Position numbers and translations under genes: made by a program | From: Candidatus Altimarinota bacterium | GTDB lineage: Bacteria > Patescibacteriota > Gracilibacteria > UBA1369 | Reading direction: 5' to 3' | Length of the DNA stretch: 64,000 nucleotides | NCBI GenBank assembly: GCA_963677745.1 | Contig: OY782391.1 | Span: forward strand, 1,088,001-1,152,000 | Shown: positions 61,480 to 64,000 of the stretch, in pieces | How positions within the stretch are numbered: the stretch's first letter is position 1 | Layout: every line of letters starts with the position of its first letter | Notes under the pieces: generated by a model | What the model saw: the letters and a program-made list of their open reading frames with translations, nothing else | What the model was told of the DNA's origin: nothing | Database searches by the model: none

Positions 61480-61843
61480 CTCCCTAAACTAACCTCAATC
61501 CCTTAAAAGTAACTTACAACCTGGAAGATTAAATTTCCTTGATAGTCACTTTTCCTTAAGCATTGCTGTTTAAGATTAGTAATTCTCTTTAATATTCTTT
61601 TCTTTTTTATCTTGCGATAAAAATCAGATTGGAACTTAAAGGTCTGTTCCGAAACTTCTCTATCCGGCTTTTGGATAACCACCGAACTGAATATTTCAGC
61701 ATTCTGAAAACCTGGTAGATTTTCAGTAACGACTTTTAAAGTAATTTTAGCTAGTTTAGGGAGAGAGTTTACACAAAATCGTATCAGCTTGATTTTGTGA
61801 AATGTTAATTCCACTTCGTTTTATGCAAACTTTCTCCCTAGAC
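61480..61843 (-). ncRNA. putative structured ncRNA, unit 2 of tandem array
   Basis: Paralogue of 61877-62250 with compensatory changes; 15-bp closing stem 61749-61763 with 61480-61494; two GCAA tetraloops. Confidence 0.7.
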
Positions 61844-61876
61844 CGGTCCTCCTTTTTTTCAAGTATCAATTTAAGA

Positions 61877-62250
61877 CCCCCTAAACCAACTGTCGCCCCT
61901 TAAAAGTAGAAAGCATCTCAGAAGCGCGAAGGATCCAAGATAGAAACTTTTCCCTGAGCATTGCTGCCCAAGACTAGTAATTCTCATTAAACTTTCTTTC
62001 TTACACTTTGTCTTGCGACAAAAGTACAAGATAAAAAATCCAAAAGTTTTCCCCAAAACCTCTTTACTCGGCCTATGGATAACCACCGAACCGATAATTT
62101 TGGCATCCCAGGAACCTGGTGGACTCCTGGAAACGGCTTTCAGGTAACTTCAGCAAGTTTAGAGGGAGAGTATGGCTTCAATCGCAGGTTTGGTTTTTAT
62201 GTTTGTTTTTAAAACCGGTTTGTTATTGAAACCAAACTTTCCCCCTAAAT
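61877..62250 (-). ncRNA. putative structured ncRNA, unit 1 of tandem array
   Basis: Shares tggataaccaccgaac, agcattgctg, tagtaattctc and cccttaaaagta blocks with unit 2; covarying stems. Confidence 0.7.
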
Positions 62251-62301
62251 CTCAATTGGTTACTTGTTAGTTTTTGTCTTTATTTCAAATATCATCATAC
62301 T

Positions 62302-62330
62302 ATGATATACCATAGATTTCACCCTGTCAA
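62302..62330 (-). promoter_or_regulatory. sigma70-like promoter pointing into the ncRNA array
   Basis: Minus strand TTGACA (62330-62325), 17 nt, TATCAT (62307-62302). Confidence 0.65.
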
Positions 62331-62434
62331 GTGTCTAATCCGAAAAAAACTGAAATAGTCCAAATATAGTTTGAAATCTGCATTTGTTTCAGTTAAATTT
62401 ATGCCGCTCACCAATCAAAACCCACCTCAATTGT

Positions 62435-62509
62435 GCCGGGGTAGCTCAGTGGTAGAGCGAAGGACTGAAAATCCTTGCGTCGCCAGTCCGATTCTGGCCC
62501 TCGGCACCA
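62435..62509 (+). tRNA. tRNA-Phe(GAA)
   Basis: GCCGGGG-TA-GCTCAGTGGTAGAGC-G-AAGGA-CTGAAAA-TCCTT...GCCAG-TCCGATT-CTGGC-CCTCGGC-ACCA. Confidence 0.93.
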
Positions 62510-62612
62510 TATACTTCGTAAAATTAACTTCAAACTGGCTGATTTAAAACGTTTGAAGTCTTTATTATGTACCGGGAAAATGGTAAAATGTTAAGATCAT
62601 TTAATTATTACC

Positions 62613-63485
62613 ATGAAGCCAATTGCCAAACTTTTTCCGGGCCAACAGACTGATGACAATTCCGGAGTCCGCAGGATCAACCGCGGAAACAAAACCATCG
62701 AAGAAACCCGGCAGGGTTATGCCGACGTCATAGAATCAATGGAACGGCATGAGTTACTGGGCCCGCTGGTTCGCGGGGGATTTCATAACGGAGTCAGGCA
62801 GGAGGGATTGTTACGCCGGCTAATTTATAAGCTAAATGCCGAGCTTTATGACCGGAGATTATTGAAAGAATCTGAATATCATAATCAGGACGCCGCACTT
62901 CGTTCTCTGGAACATATTTTTGAAACCACCATGAAGGACGTGATAGCCCTTTGGGCCAGGCTTTCCGCTCAAAAAGTTGAATGGAATGAACTTTGCGCCG
63001 TTCTGGAGGATTATTTTTATGACCTGGCCAGTCTGTTTGGAGTGGAACAGCAAATGCGCTTTTTTACACGCAACTGGTTTGATACCTATGCCCGTAATGA
63101 ACTGAATGCCAGCGCACTGGCTTCCTATCAGCAGTTGTCTTATCTTGGTGCGTCCGGCAGTGTTGAAGATCAGCAGAAAATCGCCAAGGAAATTCGGGGG
63201 AACATTACCTCAATCAATAATAAGCTCAGAAATCTTCCCATAAAACCTGAACATTACCCGGCTTTCAGCAAACTAAATCCCCAGAGCAAAGTACTGATAC
63301 AGCCCGGCAATCCCTCGTCTCCCAATCCCCATCATCTGGTGGTGAGCATGAAACACGGAAGGGGGGAAACGGCCAAAACCGAAACTTATCCTTCACCCTG
63401 GGTCGAACCGCCCTTTCTGCCCAAACCGGCCGAACAGAAAAAGTCCTGGTGGGGTAAACTTTGGGGGAAACTAACCGGTAAATAA
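62613..63485 (+). CDS. hypothetical protein
   Basis: 290-aa ORF ending in the amphipathic KKSWWGKLWGKLTGK. Confidence 0.6.
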   Translation: MKPIAKLFPGQQTDDNSGVRRINRGNKTIEETRQGYADVIESMERHELLGPLVRGGFHNGVRQEGLLRRLIYKLNAELYDRRLLKESEYHNQDAALRSLEHIFETTMKDVIALWARLSAQKVEWNELCAVLEDYFYDLASLFGVEQQMRFFTRNWFDTYARNELNASALASYQQLSYLGASGSVEDQQKIAKEIRGNITSINNKLRNLPIKPEHYPAFSKLNPQSKVLIQPGNPSSPNPHHLVVSMKHGRGETAKTETYPSPWVEPPFLPKPAEQKKSWWGKLWGKLTGK

Positions 63486-63633
63486 GATTAATATTGCAGT
63501 TCACAAAGGTAAGATTTTCTTACGTTTATTAAGTTTGTTTTTAGCTAAAATTATTATTAACTAAGCTTGCAAATTGCGCAGGCTTGAGGATAATTATGAA
63601 GCTTTTAAATTTCCATTTTATCCCGGATTACCA

Positions 63634-64000
63634 ATGCGCATCACCATCTTTGATACCGAAACCACCGGTCTGCCCAAAAGGGGAGCTGGATTGTCCGAAC
63701 AGCCCCATGTCATCCAGTTTGCCTCACAGACTTTTGAGTTTGATCCCGTCACCAGAAGATTTGTGGAAGTGGAACGTTGTAGCCAGTTAATTAAACCACC
63801 CGTACCTGTGCCGGAAGAAATTACCAGACTTTGCGGTATTACCGACCAGCAGGTCACCAATTCACCGGCCTTTGCCGAATTTGCCGACCGGATTGTGGAT
63901 ATTTTTGCCAGATCCGACCTCGCTGTTGCCCATAACCTCAGTTTCGACCGGGAAATTCTGGAATATGAATTTTCCAGAATCGGCAGAAGCAGGGACTTCC
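63634..64000 (+). CDS. DEDDh 3'-5' exonuclease (DnaQ-like), 3'-truncated by the window edge
   Basis: Translated by hand from ATG 63634: MRITIFDTETTGL...CGIT...VAHNLSFD (ExoI and ExoII motifs); absent from the ORF track because it has no stop in the window. Confidence 0.9.
   Translation, partial: MRITIFDTETTGLPKRGAGLSEQPHVIQFASQTFEFDPVTRRFVEVERCSQLIKPPVPVPEEITRLCGITDQQVTNSPAFAEFADRIVDIFARSDLAVAHNLSFDREILEYEFSRIGRSRDF

Noticed and set aside
61503-62086. Minus-strand ORFs 61503..61814 and 61871..62086, which look like paralogous small proteins
   Set aside because: Starts, stops and frame upstream of the shared block are not conserved between copies, and the substitutions are compensatory base-pair changes rather than synonymous ones. 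The peptide similarity is a by-product of the RNA repeat.
61190-62250. RNA array as RNase P RNA, group I/II intron, T-box or c-di-AMP riboswitch
   Set aside because: No GAGGAAAGUCC (RNase P), no GUGYG start or domain V conserved in both copies, no conserved P7 pairing, and no T-box or ydaO consensus seen by eye. A formal Rfam search is still needed.

Overview
The window looks like chromosomal DNA from a Candidate Phyla Radiation (Patescibacteria) bacterium, most plausibly Peregrinibacteria-like. This is an inference from the gene repertoire, the AT-rich start regions with few Shine-Dalgarno sites, and TGA serving as a true stop. Roughly 4-19 kb is an accessory tract of mostly + strand orphan genes. 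It includes a large protein with a C-terminal HicA-like domain and a TrmB regulator next to a two-gene operon, is punctuated by short att-like repeats, and ends at a 71-nt non-canonical tRNA/tmRNA-like gene beside tRNA-Gly. From 19 to 61 kb the genes are largely housekeeping and envelope: PBP1A, rnhA, trxA, an S-layer-like protein, an amidase-SpoIID fusion, rsmI, minor pilins, rpsO, pnp, dnaX, ligA, sortase, mnmA, a membrane-anchored synthetase-dead RelA/SpoT homologue, ychF and cdaA-cdaR. The most striking unexplained structure is at 61190-62330. A sigma70-like promoter on the minus strand precedes three tandem, apparently non-coding structured RNA units that share a leader-hairpin/closing-stem strand-exchange architecture. 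Two of them are ~370-nt paralogues with several compensatory base-pair changes, GCAA tetraloops and a likely pseudoknot. I saw no CRISPR array, integrase or transposase. All protein family calls come from motif recognition by eye, not from database searches.
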